In this document: positions 13,391 through 26,935 of the stretch, piece after piece
How the letters are laid out: each line of letters opens with the position of its first letter
How positions within the stretch are numbered: position 1 is the first letter of the stretch
Assembly: GCA_964016885.1 (NCBI GenBank)
Contig: OZ024745.1
Span: forward strand, 73,780,001 to 73,844,000
DNA from: Eledone cirrhosa
Lineage: Eukaryota
Reading direction: 5' to 3'
Length of the DNA: 64,000 nt
Position numbers and translations under genes: made by a program
Notes under the pieces: model-generated
Told to the model about the DNA's origin: nothing
The model's input: the letters and a program-made list of their open reading frames with translations, nothing else
Database searches by the model: none

Positions 13391-14394
13391 CTAAAAGTTT
13401 CCCAACTCTACCTTCATCTGCTGTCTCTACCGATCCTCCTTCAGCCACTACCAGCATTCTGAATACTCTATCTCACTTTCTGCATTGAAGAGTTCTATCT
13501 CACCTCATTTCTTTCTGAAGTCACCGTCTATGGAACTTCATGGAACTTCAAGGTATACAACACCCAATAGTTCTCTCACAATGACATTACTATCACAAAA
13601 ACGAATCGTCAGTACTAGTTAATAACCACACGTAACCGTTTCTCTCACAAATTCACCAACACATCAAATACACTTGATCCCTTTATCAGCACCTACACCT
13701 CACTAACCAACTTTTAACCATGTATTAATATTGTTGTATACTATCCTGTTTAGGCCACCATTTAGGTTTGCATAGTGTCGTGTTCCCACGCTTGTCAATT
13801 CTATTGAATGAGTAGGGACGTTTTCACTACCTATACGTTACGTACGTAACTTGTGGTAACACTACACCCACATAAATGTTTCTCCGAAGGCATCTGTCCT
13901 ACATTGGGCAGTTTACTAGAATTCCGAAGTTATAGTCCCTGTTGAATGTATAGCTTGATTCCAAATGTTGTCTATTGGAAGAGCTAAACTTCCGGTCCAT
14001 ATACAATACACTGATCAAAAAAGTAGATAAATATACTTGAAAGAATTATTTGTTTTATAGTTTCTTTAATGGGCATAATGGATTGGCCAAAACTGAAATG
14101 ACTGGTAGACCATTAATATACTGATCTACCTATCCTCACCACTGCAACTTCCACTCCTCTATATCTAGCTATCTAGCGCCAGTAGGATGTAGCATATATT
14201 TGCTGTATCCCGAATGAAAAACATCACTTCATTAGCGGGCATATTAAAAGCCCAAAGCAAAAACATTGTTTACATTTTCAGCACCTGTGTGACGACAATG
14301 CATTACATAACTATTATATAAAAACATTTTAATCCCTTTAAAATGTACATAACCTGGGTGATGCCAGGCAATATTTCTCTTTCTCTCTCCCTCC

Positions 14395-14428
<34 letters not shown>

Positions 14429-15187
14429 GCATATGTGTGTGTGTGTGTGTGTGTGTGTTTGTGTGTATGGGATAGAGAGGATAGAGAGAGAGATAGAGAG
14501 AAAGATTTTCTAATATAGGAACCGAAATGAAATCCACGAGATCTGTTCGTCTTGTTGTAGTGGGGGTATAGTTCGACTTTGAAATTCATGCTTGCTAGCA
14601 TGGTAATAGGAACACCTCTGATCATAAAATATGGATTACTTGCTATATTCCCCTTAATTTTACTTTCCTTATAAAAAATGAAATAAAAATTACGGTTTCT
14701 TGTTGTAATCTAATTAGTATGGTGATGACATTATGTTTCATGTTTATAATTTAAAAAGGTTTTCTGTTACCATTTTTCCTTATTTGTATTTTTCTCTTCG
14801 CTTCAAACGTGTTACTTTATTTTGATTTAATTTTATGATTTGTAAGAACATTTTGTTTCATTTAAATCTTATTATTTGATGTCATTTTATATCATTAAAT
14901 AATTCAAAGTGTCTATTTTAAGTTCGGCAATTACACTAAATGAATTTATAATTTGTATCATCCAATAAAGGAAAATGATTTTACTTCATGGCGGAGGATA
15001 GTAGCTTTGGCATTATAAAAATGAACCAGACATTCAATTAACTAACAAACATAGAGAAAAGGTGATAGTCCCAAGACAAAAGTAGATGGTTTGCAAATTC
15101 CTCTTCTGGTCACGAAAAGCCAGTCCTAACTTCAACATTAAATAGTTTAATGACAAGAGCAAAAGAAATATAAGTATGTATACGTAT

Positions 15188-15820
15188 ATAATTCGGGCTG
15201 TTTGTTTGCAAACAAACCGAGCATTATAATAAATGTTCGGTAAACCCATACGTACATATGTATATGTGTGCATGTATGTATGTATATACATACTACTGTA
15301 CGTCTGTATACATATATGTATGTACGTATACATACTTATATTTAAGTATCAGCCGTGAGAAATGAAATTTCATTTTTTCCATTTATCGTTTTCGGTACGC
15401 CCGGCCGACTAACTCACTCGATATGCAAATTAGGCTGCTCAGCCGTTAATATGCATAAGGGAAGTATATACGTTCAAACGTTCAATCAACTGACAGGAAG
15501 GTATATGGTGCTGATGACAGCTAATAAGCTAGAAACTAGTTCATCGTTCCTTTTCAATGTTGCACAAAAGGGCAAAGATGGTTGCCGAACACTGTACGGC
15601 TAATAATTCGGGCTGTTTGTTTACAAACAAACCAAGCATTATAATAAATGTTCGGTAAACCCATACGTATATATATATATATATATGTGCATGTATATAT
15701 GTATGTACGTATACATACTTATATTTACGTCTGTATACATATATGTATGTACGTATACATACTTATATTTAAGTATCAGTCGTACTACGAGTGAGAAATG
15801 AAATTTCATTTTTTCCATTT
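15188..15820 (+). mobile_element. ~1.5 head-to-tail units (period 415 bp) of a Helentron/DINE-like non-autonomous element
   Basis: 15188-15383 is repeated at 15603-15820. The unit has an imperfect inverted pair ATGTTCGGTAAACCCAT (15233) / ATGGTTGCCGAACAC (15578), an internal (TATG)-type microsatellite, and the palindrome GTTTGTTTGCAAACAAAC. Confidence 0.5.
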
Positions 15821-16879
15821 AGCAAAAGAAACATCCTGACATAACAATGATAGAGTCCAGAATTTCTATTAGGGCTTCTGCGAGAAAGTTCGTCTGAAAA
15901 ATTTGAAAAAACATTGCCGAGAGGAATACATTTTTTAAACTGTTAGATGATCTGTTCTTTGATATGAAAGTGCTCTTACAGATTATTTCTTGGAAGAAAT
16001 CTTTAAAATGTATCTTCCGTTGATACAACAGCTTATCCAACCCAAGAGAGTAATATACCCATTTGATAACGATTCAATTGCTTTGTTAGATTCGTCAAGA
16101 TGTATCAGCATACTGAGAGTTTGGTTTCAGACGAAGAGTTTCTAACACTGGTTTCTATTGAAAATGTATATCTAAAGATTAAATCAAACCTAAATTCAAG
16201 AACTATTAAAACTGAACAACAGTTGATAAAGGCTGCTACAGCATACTGAAGGTGTTTACTGAAAATATGATGAAACAATTGTAAAATAATTCATTATTAA
16301 ATAAATATAAATATGAACTTTTGAAAAAATGCATTGTAATAAACAACATTTTCAACAATATCTTGACTGTTGCTTATCTGAGTTGGTGTAAGTCATGTGA
16401 CTAACACTTGAAATTTAAATATAACTATTACTCATCAAAATTTCATATTAAAGTGTTACTATTTTACTATATAGAGTCCGAAGCGTTAAGACTTTGATCA
16501 TACTATATCAAACGTGTATCTATCAACATTGTCCTGTATTGTTTTCGTTCTCGTGTTGTTTCTCTGTATTTTCTTTGTTGGGGTATATTTAGATTATATT
16601 ACTCCTGTTTGTTTAATAGACATAGACATAGACATAAAGTCATAACACCAGTATTTTGTTGGTTCTTCCTTGAGATGAAGTGAAAAAGGTTAACCACAAT
16701 GTTAATCCATTTACGAAAGGCATCCGTGATTTAGGCTGTATTTTACTGCATTTTGTTGTTGTCGCCATTAATATTTAGCTAAATAAAACTAGGAAAAATA
16801 CAGAAAAGAAGTAAAAAATATTTTAGGCATTTCAGTTGTGACCACCTTACCATTTTCATATATCATTCTCTAAGCTATA

Positions 16880-17007
16880 CCCTTCATTTAGTTACGTTGT
16901 GAGGTCGATCAAATAAAGTACCAGCAAAATAATTGGGTTGAAACGATCGATTTTCCCCTTCCCACAAATTGCTGGCCTTGCATCTTAATTATTATAGAAA
17001 TCATTAG
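16880..17007 (+). mobile_element. Degenerate SINE family 1, 3' part
   Basis: GAGGTCGATCAAATAAAGTACCAG..CAAATTGCTGGCCTTG..GAAATCATTAG. Confidence 0.65.
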
Positions 17008-17664
17008 TAAACACAGTAGAGTGTAATTTGAAGTGGAATGGACTGCTATTTCTATTTCTATCAGATTGAGAGACAGTATTCTCTATCTTTATTTTTTTGA
17101 TATTGTTTTTATATTGTTTTTATTTAACTATCCTTTCTGTGATTTTTAGAGTAAAACAACCTCTTTCGAAAACGACTTGTTACAAACAGACAAAAACAGA
17201 AAGGTTCTTGGGGAATGCACGCTCTCAGTAAAGTGGTTCGAGTACAGCATTCATTTGTCAGCTGTGTGACAATGATTGTTTCTCTCAATGGAATTTTTAG
17301 CCATAACAGATGTAGTTCCATTAACGCAACTTACAAAATTGAAGGATAGCACGAAATATACATACATACATGCATGCATACATATATACCTACATACATA
17401 CATACATACAATCATGCATACACACACACACACACACACACACATACACACACACACACACACACATGCGTTCGTGTATATATTGTTGCTATGAACATGA
17501 ACATTCCTTCTCTGACCAGCAGATCTCCCATTTCGTGCTAGCGTTAACAATTCGGTTAGTTGAGAAGACCAAGTAAGCTAACAAATCTTATTTTGGTTAA
17601 TTGGATGGTTCTAAATAACAGAAGCAGTGGGGTGTTAGATTGAAAGTCACCACCTAGCGAAGAA

Positions 17665-17856
17665 TGGTTTTTAATTTAGGCACAAGTATAGTAATTTGTG
17701 GGTATGTTGATTAAATCAACCTCAGTACTTGACTGTTACTTTATTTTTTTCGACTCCGGAAGGATGAAAGGTAAAGTTGGCCTCAGTCGGATTTGAACAA
17801 AATGTCACAAAGCATTTTATGCGACACACTAATAATTTTGCCAATCCATCACCCTT
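17665..17856 (-). mobile_element. Degenerate SINE family 1
   Basis: Plus strand GGCACAAG..TCGACTCCGGAAGGATGAAAGGTAAAGTTGGCCTCAGTCGGATTTGAAC..TGCCAATCCATCACCC is the reverse complement of the family pattern. Confidence 0.75.
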
Positions 17857-19280
17857 CGTCTAGCAAAGAATGCGAACAAGAAAATTGAAATTTTACTCAA
17901 TGTAGTCTACATTAAAGTGTTCTAATGGCGTGGGATAATCGGAATCTCGTTGCCGACACTGGTGAAGTACATAATGTAGAATGCAGGGAGTGCAATTTCA
18001 GCTTATAGTTTCATTCTTTCGCTAAACTTTGAATCTCATTCTAAGACATCACCAGTGTTTGGAAACTTAGACACTTCCAAACTAAAATAAAAATAAAATA
18101 AATAAATGAATAAATAAATAAATAAAAATATTATCCAGTCTTGTACAATCTCTCTGCTTCACTAGCAAGCACTTGTTTGCACAAAGCGGTAGATTTTTCT
18201 CCTTATAAGTCACACAAGGCCTGAAGCCACTTGTGTAAGGGACAAAGAAGAGGAAGAAATTAAGACGAAAGGAATGAAGTTATTTATATTTTAAAGATTT
18301 TAGGTTATAAGGAGGAAAATAATGAGATGGAAGAGAGTTCCAATGTCTGGCAATTAGACGAAAAAACGGAAGCACCGTAGAAAGACTTCCTTATTCGTGG
18401 AACCACAACAGCATCAGGATGAAGACGTTGTGAGTTAGGCAAAATGGTGGTGCTTATATTTTATCAACATTTTATGTATGATGTATTTATCTATATATGT
18501 ACAACGTATATCACGCATGTGCATCAAATCTGCATAAAATACTATCTATGGACCTTACATAGAAAGTATTGAATATACTATTTCTCTGCTAGTTTCGATC
18601 TCCGTTAGCAATTATTAAATGTCACTGCTATATGCTTTTGAAAAAGGCATAGACGTTATATCACATCATAAATAGCTTCAAGTAGTAAAATATGAATGCG
18701 TATCAACGAAAATTTATCAGATTAATTTAAGGAGTTACTCATCATAGAATAAGCTGGGGAAAAAAAAGAAATCAGAGCTGTTAAGAATTGTAAGATTGCA
18801 TCGATACAAAGTAAAAACACAATAACATTTACAACAATTATTGCTTCTGTAGCACATTGGATAGTAAGGACAAAGCTAGATCTTTATTTTTCATATTATA
18901 TATCTGATGCAATTCAACCCGGTATAATATGTTACTATTCAAATCTTACACACTGAAAGATTTTGTACTTAACAATGGACACTAAAACTCATCAACTATC
19001 AATTACATAATATTAATTTCTTATATTTTTGTATGAATTATATATTATCACTACTTACAGCGGTATCTATTTTACAGCTAGGTAGACATCATATATAATG
19101 TTTTATTCATAGAACGCAGTACTGCCGGCAGATACGGAAACGTCGACTCTTTGAATCTGATTTATAATTATTAGTATGTATGTATGCATGTATGTTTGTA
19201 CGTATATATCTATGTATGTATGTATGCATGTATGTATGCATGTATGTATGCATGTATGTTTGTATGTATATATATATATT

Positions 19281-19881
19281 TCAGGTCACCAGTTGGTGTT
19301 ACTGGTAACATGAATCTCAGTACAACCTGTCTCATGGTCGGGTCGTTGGCGACTAAACTGGCAACCCACCAAGGTTTCTTGGTGAGGAGGGTGACTTTGG
19401 ACATCTTGCAGGACTAAAAACAAAACCTGTCAAAGGGCAAAGGAGCTCTTAAGAGTCAATGGCCATCCAAAATCACCGGGAGAGATGACCCCTTAGCCTT
19501 TGTCAAGGCAGAATTCTAGGAGAAGGAAAACTCTGATATAACACCTGCAACCCTGATGGTATCCAATGATGTTGACTTGTTATTCTTTTTGGTAAATATC
19601 ATCTTGGTTAAGAGAGTGGGACTGGCTTTGTGCAGTGCCTTTGCTCACTATAAAAGCTTCACGGCACAGGCATTGCTTTAGAGATCTCTCTGCACTTGTC
19701 GTCACATGCTACCATGGGCCCAGCACTATGTGTCAATAATTGTCACAGGTGTAGTGTTTGTACCAGAATTTTCAAGTCACTGGCTGGACTAAAAAGTCAC
19801 ACTTGTTCAGCGCATCGATAAGGGTTCTCCTACATGGATATAAAGTAGTGGCCGTACTCGAAAACGAGTTGGCAGCCACCA

Positions 19882-19883
<2 letters not shown>
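19281..19883 (+). mobile_element. Internally deleted RTE-derived element (5'UTR-like part joined to the ORF C-terminus)
   Basis: Carries CTAGGAGAAGGAAAACTCTGA (19516-19536), an RTE 5'UTR-type motif as recalled. It encodes a C2H2 finger CSVCTRIFKSLAGLKSHTCSAHR* (19750-19821), then has the hairpin CTCG-AAAA-CGAG and a (CCA)n end. It is embedded in TA repeats. Confidence 0.6.
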
Positions 19884-19929
<46 letters not shown>

Positions 19930-19935
19930 GTGTAA

Positions 19936-20002
19936 GAGGTCAAATTTGCCTTTCAGCCATTTAATTCGATAAAAACGTACCAGTTAAGTACTGGGGTCAA
20001 TT
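19936..20002 (+). mobile_element. SINE family 1 central fragment
   Basis: GAGGTCAAATTTGCCTTTCAGCC..TCGATAAAAACGTACCAGTTAAGTACTGGGGTC. Confidence 0.6.
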
Positions 20003-20198
20003 CTTCCTCTATATTTATTTCCCACCTCTGTTCTCACTCTCTATCATTCTCTGGACGAAATTTGCTGTATTTAGACCTGGAGAAGTAGTGAGATCCACCA
20101 GGTTTAAAGAAATGCCCAAGAAACGCTGTATTTTGATACGGCAAACCTACAATTCCCTCGAGAGTTACGGGGCCATGCATACATACATGTATATATAT

Positions 20199-20756
20199 AT
20201 ACAAGTTATATATTAATATATATGATAAACACAAAACGTGTTTGTATTGTAACAGATAAAGTTAGCTAGCATGAAATAAACTAATTAAAGTGAATACAAT
20301 TTGTCTGTCTCGATATAAGTCAATAAAGACAAGCTTATATTGGCAAAAGCCGTGATTCCTGGACAAATTTAAATTTCAAAATCCAAACCCGCTCCGTAGA
20401 TGAATTTGAACTTCGAAACCCAAATATGTTTCGCAACGATGGTACATGAATTGAAAAATAAATTTTTCAACGATGGTACATGAATTGAAAAATTTATTTT
20501 TCAATTCATGTACCATCGTTGCGAAACATATTTGGGTTTCGAAGTTCAAATTCATCTACGGAGCGGGTTTGGATTTTGAAATTTAAATTTGTCCAGGAAT
20601 CACGGCTTTTGCCAATATAAGCTTGTCTTTATTGACTTATATCGAGACAGACAAATTGTATTCACTTTAATTAGTTTATTTCATGCTAGCTAACTTTGTC
20701 TGTTACAATACAAACACGTTTTGTGTTTATCATATATATTAATATATAACTTGTAT
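20199..20756. repeat. Long near-perfect palindrome: 272-bp arms with a 14-bp spacer
   Basis: 20199-20470 is the reverse complement of 20485-20756. One mismatch was seen by eye. Confidence 0.95.
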
Positions 20757-21295
20757 TTCACTGCTCAGAAATGCCTCTTTCTTTGAGCTGTTTAATTGTA
20801 AACGACTATGAGTTTAATCTCTAAATATAATATAGTATTGTATATATATATATGTATGTTCTTCTGGTTTTATAATTTTATTAATTTTTACCAAAAGATA
20901 GAGAGAGAGACAGAGTCGGTTTATAAAGTAGACACCCGACTCTTTCATTGGAATTTAGACAATATCAACTAGGTATATATGTATGCATGTCTGCATGCGT
21001 GCGTGTCTGTGCAGGCATGGATGTTATTGCATGTGTGTGTATGTTTTGAGTTATATGTGTGCATGTGAATATGTTTTGTATCTGTACATGTGTACATGCA
21101 GTTATTGTATGTATGTGTGTATGTATTTATTTATTTAATTATGCATGCATGTATACATGCATGTATGTGTGGACCTTTAGTTTATGGTGCAATCGTAGGA
21201 GCAACGTTAGTGGCATACGGCGTTTCTTAGGCATTTTAAACCGGAGGAAGCCTATCCCTCTCCAGATCTAAACACAGCCGATTTCTTCCAGTGAA

Positions 21296-21457
<162 letters not shown>

Positions 21458-21489
21458 GGAGAGAGGAAGTGAGAAAGAGATATAGAGAA

Positions 21490-21655
21490 ATAATTGACTC
21501 CACTACTTGACTGGTACATTTTTATCGACCTCGAAAGGATGAAAGCAAAAATTGACCTCGGCGGGATTTTAAATCAGAGTGCAGAGAGCCGGAACAAATA
21601 TTGCAAAGCATTAAATATAACTGACTTTCTAACCACTCTGGCAATTCGCTGCCTA
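21490..21655 (-). mobile_element. SINE family 1 copy
   Basis: Plus strand CTGGTACATTTTTATCGACCTCGAAAGGATGAAAGC..GACCTCGGCGGGATTT..TGGCAATTCGCTGCC. Confidence 0.8.
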
Positions 21656-21715
21656 TTATTTTCCGCCTATTAATCACTGATAGTATTATAATGTGTTTAT
21701 ATAGCGTCAAATGTG

Positions 21716-21910
21716 AAGGCGGTGGATTGGCAGTATCGGTAGCGCGTCGGAAAACATGGTTTGCCGCATCCCTTTACGTTCTGAGTTCAAATCCCGCCGA
21801 GGTTAGCTTTGCTTATCATCCAACGGGGTCAATAAATAAAGTACCAGTCACGTGCTGGGGTCATAGTCGAATTTTCCCCTGCCCCAAAATTTTTTGGTCT
21901 TATGCCCTTA
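21716..21910 (+). mobile_element. SINE family 1 copy with tRNA-like A and B boxes
   Basis: GGCGGTGGATTGGCAGTATCGGTAG..CTGAGTTCAAATCCCGCCGAGG..AAAGTACCAGT. Confidence 0.85.
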
Positions 21911-22689
21911 TATTGTCAAATTTTAAAGCAATGGAGTAGATAGTATTCTGTTTCGTCTCCTTTTTTTTTTCACACGTTCAAGTCTCACCGGGATTGACTT
22001 TACCTTTATTGTCTCAGAGGTGCATAGAATAAATACTGACAGTTGTTGTTCAGCCTCAGGCCGATTATCACGAGCAGACCTTTGATCAAATTCATTGCTT
22101 CCCTAACCATTTCAATTTATTTTACACAGTGTTTTTTTAATCATATTATTCAATGCATCCCAAGGTCGATAAATAAAGTACCAGTACTAGTACTGGCGTC
22201 GATTCTTCCTCCGTATCTCATTCTCACTTTCTTTCCATCGCTCTCTCTTTCTCTTGAAGAGGAATGAGCCCCGACAAATTTATATGCCTAAGATACGCTG
22301 TATACTTTTACAACGCACCGTAGAGATGATATTCCATCCATTAATGAGTTAAAGGCCCATGTCATATCACTTAGGTTACCCGACCTGGATGTCTAGTTAC
22401 TAAATTATTATCGTATATTATATGATACATTAATACAGATGTTTTTCTTCCCAAAAGAACATCCTTGAAATTGTGAACAAGTAAATCAAATCTATTTACA
22501 GTAATTTAAATGGCTTAGTAGCTGGAGGACGAAACGTCCCCCATGATCCTTTTTGGAGTTTCCTTGACAAGACAATATTATCCTCATGCCAAACACTTGG
22601 TCTATATGTTTACAATGGAATGTATTTTGCTAAAGGCATCTTCGGAATAAATCAGGCAACAGGTTGAGCCAAATTCCGAACAAGAACGA

Positions 22690-22845
22690 TTCCTTCGACG
22701 GGTTTTTACATAGTTTTCGTCAACCAAATTTCACTCTAAAATATTTTATTGACCTGAGACTATTGATAAAGACACTAGCCCAATGAACTATGCTGTGAGA
22801 TTTTTCCCGAAACTATGAAGTGAATCACTTAACCATGCAGCCATA
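22690..22845 (-). mobile_element. Degenerate copy of a second tRNA-derived SINE family
   Basis: ACCAAATTTCACTC..GACCTGAGACTATTGATAAAGACACTAGCCCAA..CTTAACCATGCAGCCAT reads as an antisense tRNA head plus a CTTGGGCAAGTGTCTT-type core, recalled from octopus SINEs. Confidence 0.5.
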
Positions 22846-24373
22846 TATGTAACCATTTGAGTGTTTCGAAGGGAGGTTGTGGATATTTTTCTTTTTGAAG
22901 GAAATGGAAAACACGAATAAATGGTATTTGTCAACTTTACAATTGATAGAATTAGCTAGAATATTTCTCAATCCAGAATTATTATATTTAGTCAATGCTT
23001 TGAATTTTTCATGAAGCTATGTATGAATGATTGATGAACTAATCGGTGTGTTGGTCAAGGGTCATGTATTTATCAAATTTAACACCTTTTGTCAGTTAAA
23101 TGTCATATATTTATCTAATATAACACCTTTAAGTCTTTTGGTTTCTATAGAAATGGGAAACATTTGTGTTAGTAAGAGAGGTGCATTCAATAATAATAAT
23201 TCCTAATTTTATTATTTCGGATTTTGGAATATTTGTATCTGAGACGAGAATTGTTCAGCGTATTTGCGTTAGTATATAACTGTTCTCAACTCAGATCCAT
23301 ACAGGGTTAATTACGTTTTCCATCTCTGAGATTTGTGTTATAAAATAAGTAGAAAGGGTGAAAAGCGGTCAATTTAATCAACTGTAGCCTCAACCGCTAC
23401 AAAAATTCTCAATTCGTTTAATCAAATGGAATCGATTTTTGAAACAAAATGTTGATATAATTTTGTGTGTCATATTGTTAGAAACTTAGTTTGATGAGAG
23501 TCAGCGTAGCTGTGTTCATGGATACTAAAGCTGTCAATGTAAGAAATGTAACAAATAAATGCCAAATAATACATAGTCATCTTAATTTTACTACATTTAT
23601 CTCAATGAATCCATATCCGTTTCTTGACATAACGTACAGTGATTTTGCGATTGCATTTCAGAAACATTACCCCATTTGAAATCACCAAGCTAGTATTAAA
23701 CAAAGTACTCACCTATAATAGTACTGACTTTCTCGAAATATATCATAACAACGGACTCTATTACTGTTACTATCGAATAATGAACTTTCTCGAAACTCGA
23801 TAAACTTCTCTGCATATGGAGCGAAAACAAAAATGTACACAGAATATAAGAAGCGAATTAAGACCACGAAGAAAATTGAGACTAGTAGATAAATAATTTA
23901 CAATTGCCATCTGTCAATTAAAAAAGCAACTGACTACATATTTCCTCTCTGAGTGTTCCAAAACAATACATAGTAAAAAGACAACAAAACACATGATATA
24001 CAACAATCATTGATAATACGTAGAATACACACATACCTAGAAATCCTACACATGTACACTATTCTAACGCTAAGCTAATACTATAATAACAAACGGATTT
24101 CTTTGGAAATGGTTTTAAATCGAATAAACAAAAAGTGAAAATAAAACTCATACAACTGCTTTCATTATAGCTAAATCCTTCTGTTAATGTTCAAAATTCA
24201 ACGAAAACCTTGAAAGATGGTATTCTTGAAAAGGATCTACAAACTTTAAATATTCGTCTGGAGTAAAGAGGGCATCATTGTAACTGACTAATGTATGTAA
24301 TGGCAACTTGTATTCTGTCATTCTGGAACTGAAGAGACTTCCTAACATAATATCAGGCCAGGTTAGCTGGGTT

Positions 24374-24407
<34 letters not shown>

Positions 24408-24509
24408 ATTCAGCTAACATTCGAAGCTATATAGTTACATGTGTGACAATAGAACACCTAGGTTGAATTTAAAACCAAGATTTGAATGTATTGATGGTAT
24501 TTAAAGGGA

Positions 24510-24592
<83 letters not shown>
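24510..24592. repeat. (AGT)n microsatellite
   Basis: Read directly from the sequence. Confidence 0.95.
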
Positions 24593-26298
24593 AACATTTC
24601 TTGTAAGCAGATATGAGTTAAACATTCATGGCATGATTTGTGGATAGTGTTGAGAACATGTAAGTATGTATGTGTGAAAAAGTGTATGTGTGTGAGTGTG
24701 TGTATGTGTGTGATTTTAAATTTCACATACTGATGATTTTCAATCAATCGAAGAAATAAAACAATCGTTTTATAAAACATAAAATCTTTTGAATATGCAC
24801 GTTCACAATAGAGAATATGCTTTTCTCTAGTTAGAACGTGTTATGTTATTGTCTGCTGGCCAGGCGCTATTTCTTTTGATATATGGTGAGAAGATTTACG
24901 AATAAATGATGTACATTAACGAAAGACATCGCGTGTATTACGCAACTATTCGGTTTTCAGTCGGCAAGTGAGTTGAAACATTACAACACATACCTAGCTA
25001 AGATTGCCTCCAAAAACTAATCTTTGTCTTCAAAGATATACCATACTAAGAGATGTCATCTCTGCCCAGTAAAAAAAAAAAAAAAAGGATCTTGCATGAT
25101 TTGTTGTGATTTCAATGCTCAATAGAATGATCAGCATTCCGATTACACTCAAGACATGCCTTCTCATACTATAGAAATGTTCATATAATAAAAGTCATAA
25201 CGACACTTTTGTATTTTAACTGAATTTCTTGAGGAATACAGTAGCAAACATATGTAGAATATCCGAGCTAGTTGAAGTGTTTATGATAAATTGCGTACAA
25301 GCATTTTGTCCCGAATCCCTGGATAGAGAAACTACGAGATGTGACAATCGATTGACGAATGGAAAATGTTTATACAATAGTGTTAAGATGAAATATAGTG
25401 CTCCAAATAGGGATGACCATAGTAAAATTAATATTAGATGAAAACAGAGAAACCGTTTTAATGAGTATGATTATAGAATATTCCAATCAAACAAACAATT
25501 CAAAGGAAACATGGTTACTAGTCAGGTAAGACGTAACATTCAGTGACGAAAGAAATGTTATGTAGAATAAAGTAAAAATAGCTTCTGTAATACTTTTAAG
25601 TCTGTTCCATACCATTGGGATTTTGCTTCTCATTCATCTCACATGGTTTCGATGTTTCATTGAGGGTTATGCAGGACTATCAGATTTTATATTTTCTTTT
25701 AGAAGTGAACCATACTTGAAGGACGAATGAGGATCAGGCATAAGAATCTGTGGTGAAGATTTGGGACAAAATATGAACATTCGATTATTTTAATTTAAGC
25801 GATTTATATAATATCAACAACAGAGTGTAATAGTAGTAAAACGTGACATCTCTAATGTGTAAATTCCTATTGAATCTTTGGTACATTTTAGATGTAATTA
25901 TCCTCTTCCCTTTCGAAGAAGGTAAATTCCTCCTCCGACCCCGGACAGCTTTTAGATGTTGTGCTGAATCACAAAATGGATTCATGAATCATGTCTCATA
26001 AAAAAGTTTCTTAGTCCGAACTCGGATATGATAGCTACTCCAAACCTAACGTTTTCCTTACATATGACGCATGATCTCGCAACTAGTTCCCCATAGAGAA
26101 GGCTTACAGAATAACAATTGCTGTAGTACAGGAACTAATGTTTCATGTGTGTGTAATCCAAACGTTTATCCGTTTTTCGACTTCGTATGTAGGTTCTGGC
26201 ACTTACTCTTTATTTTAATTACAACTTTTTATCTTTAAATGTAAATCTCATAATATGTTCCTATAATTCGGTTCCTTCATTTTGTAGCTGCTCTTATA

Positions 26299-26507
26299 TA
26301 GGGTGGACCAAAAGTCACTTCCTATTAAAAAAATTCATAATTTTGTTATTATTGAAATATTATATATATTTTTTCTTTCAGATTAAAGTTGAATAAAAAC
26401 AAGATCCAATTGTGGAAAAATACACTCTCCAAGAAGAATTAGTTTTGAGTTAATTTGTAATGTTTTATTAATAAAAATGGGTAAGCAGTGACTTTTGGCC
26501 TACCCTT
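26299..26507. mobile_element. Tc1/mariner-type MITE
   Basis: Imperfect ~21-bp TIRs TAGGGTGGACCAAAAGTCACT / AGTGACTTTTGGCCTACCCTT, TA on both flanks, and an AT-rich non-coding interior. Confidence 0.75.
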
Positions 26508-26699
26508 TATAATGTTAACTGAAACTGTTTTAGATGTAGATATTAATGTTACTTGCAAGTCTTCAGCCTATCTTAGAAATCGATAATATTGATATATTAT
26601 ATCTTTCTTTTCTTTGATTTTAAAAAGATTTCAAAGAATTCTACACTGAACAAATCATTGCTTCTCTGTATCTGACTAACAAATTAGAATCCAAATTAT

Positions 26700-26935
26700 T
26701 TGAATCGAATGACCATAACTCCAGTATTACGGACTTGTGGTTAGAATGTCTAAAGAAAGACTCACTGGACAGATTTTACGGGTAAAGCCAATCGGTAGCA
26801 GACCCAGAAGTTGACCACGAGCAAGATGGTTAGATATCAGCCGTGAGTTCTATTGGTTTACCTTTGAGATCGAGCCGGCTAATCTGGAGTGGTCTGCGTT
26901 TGAGAGGACCCTTTGGAAGGCGTGTCTGAGGAAAT
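26700..26935 (+). pseudogene. 3' remnant of an RTE-clade (Rex3/Expander-like) ORF
   Basis: Reads YYGLVVRMSKERLTGQILRVKPIGSRPRS*PRARWLDISRE..LW. This matches the RTE C-terminus pattern WFGHxxRM..R..GxRPRGRPRxRW..W. Confidence 0.65.

Noticed and set aside
24184-24420. Possible host exon on - (GTQLTWPDIMLG..FQEYHLSRF)
   Set aside because: No recognisable domain, no polypyrimidine tract and no linked exons.
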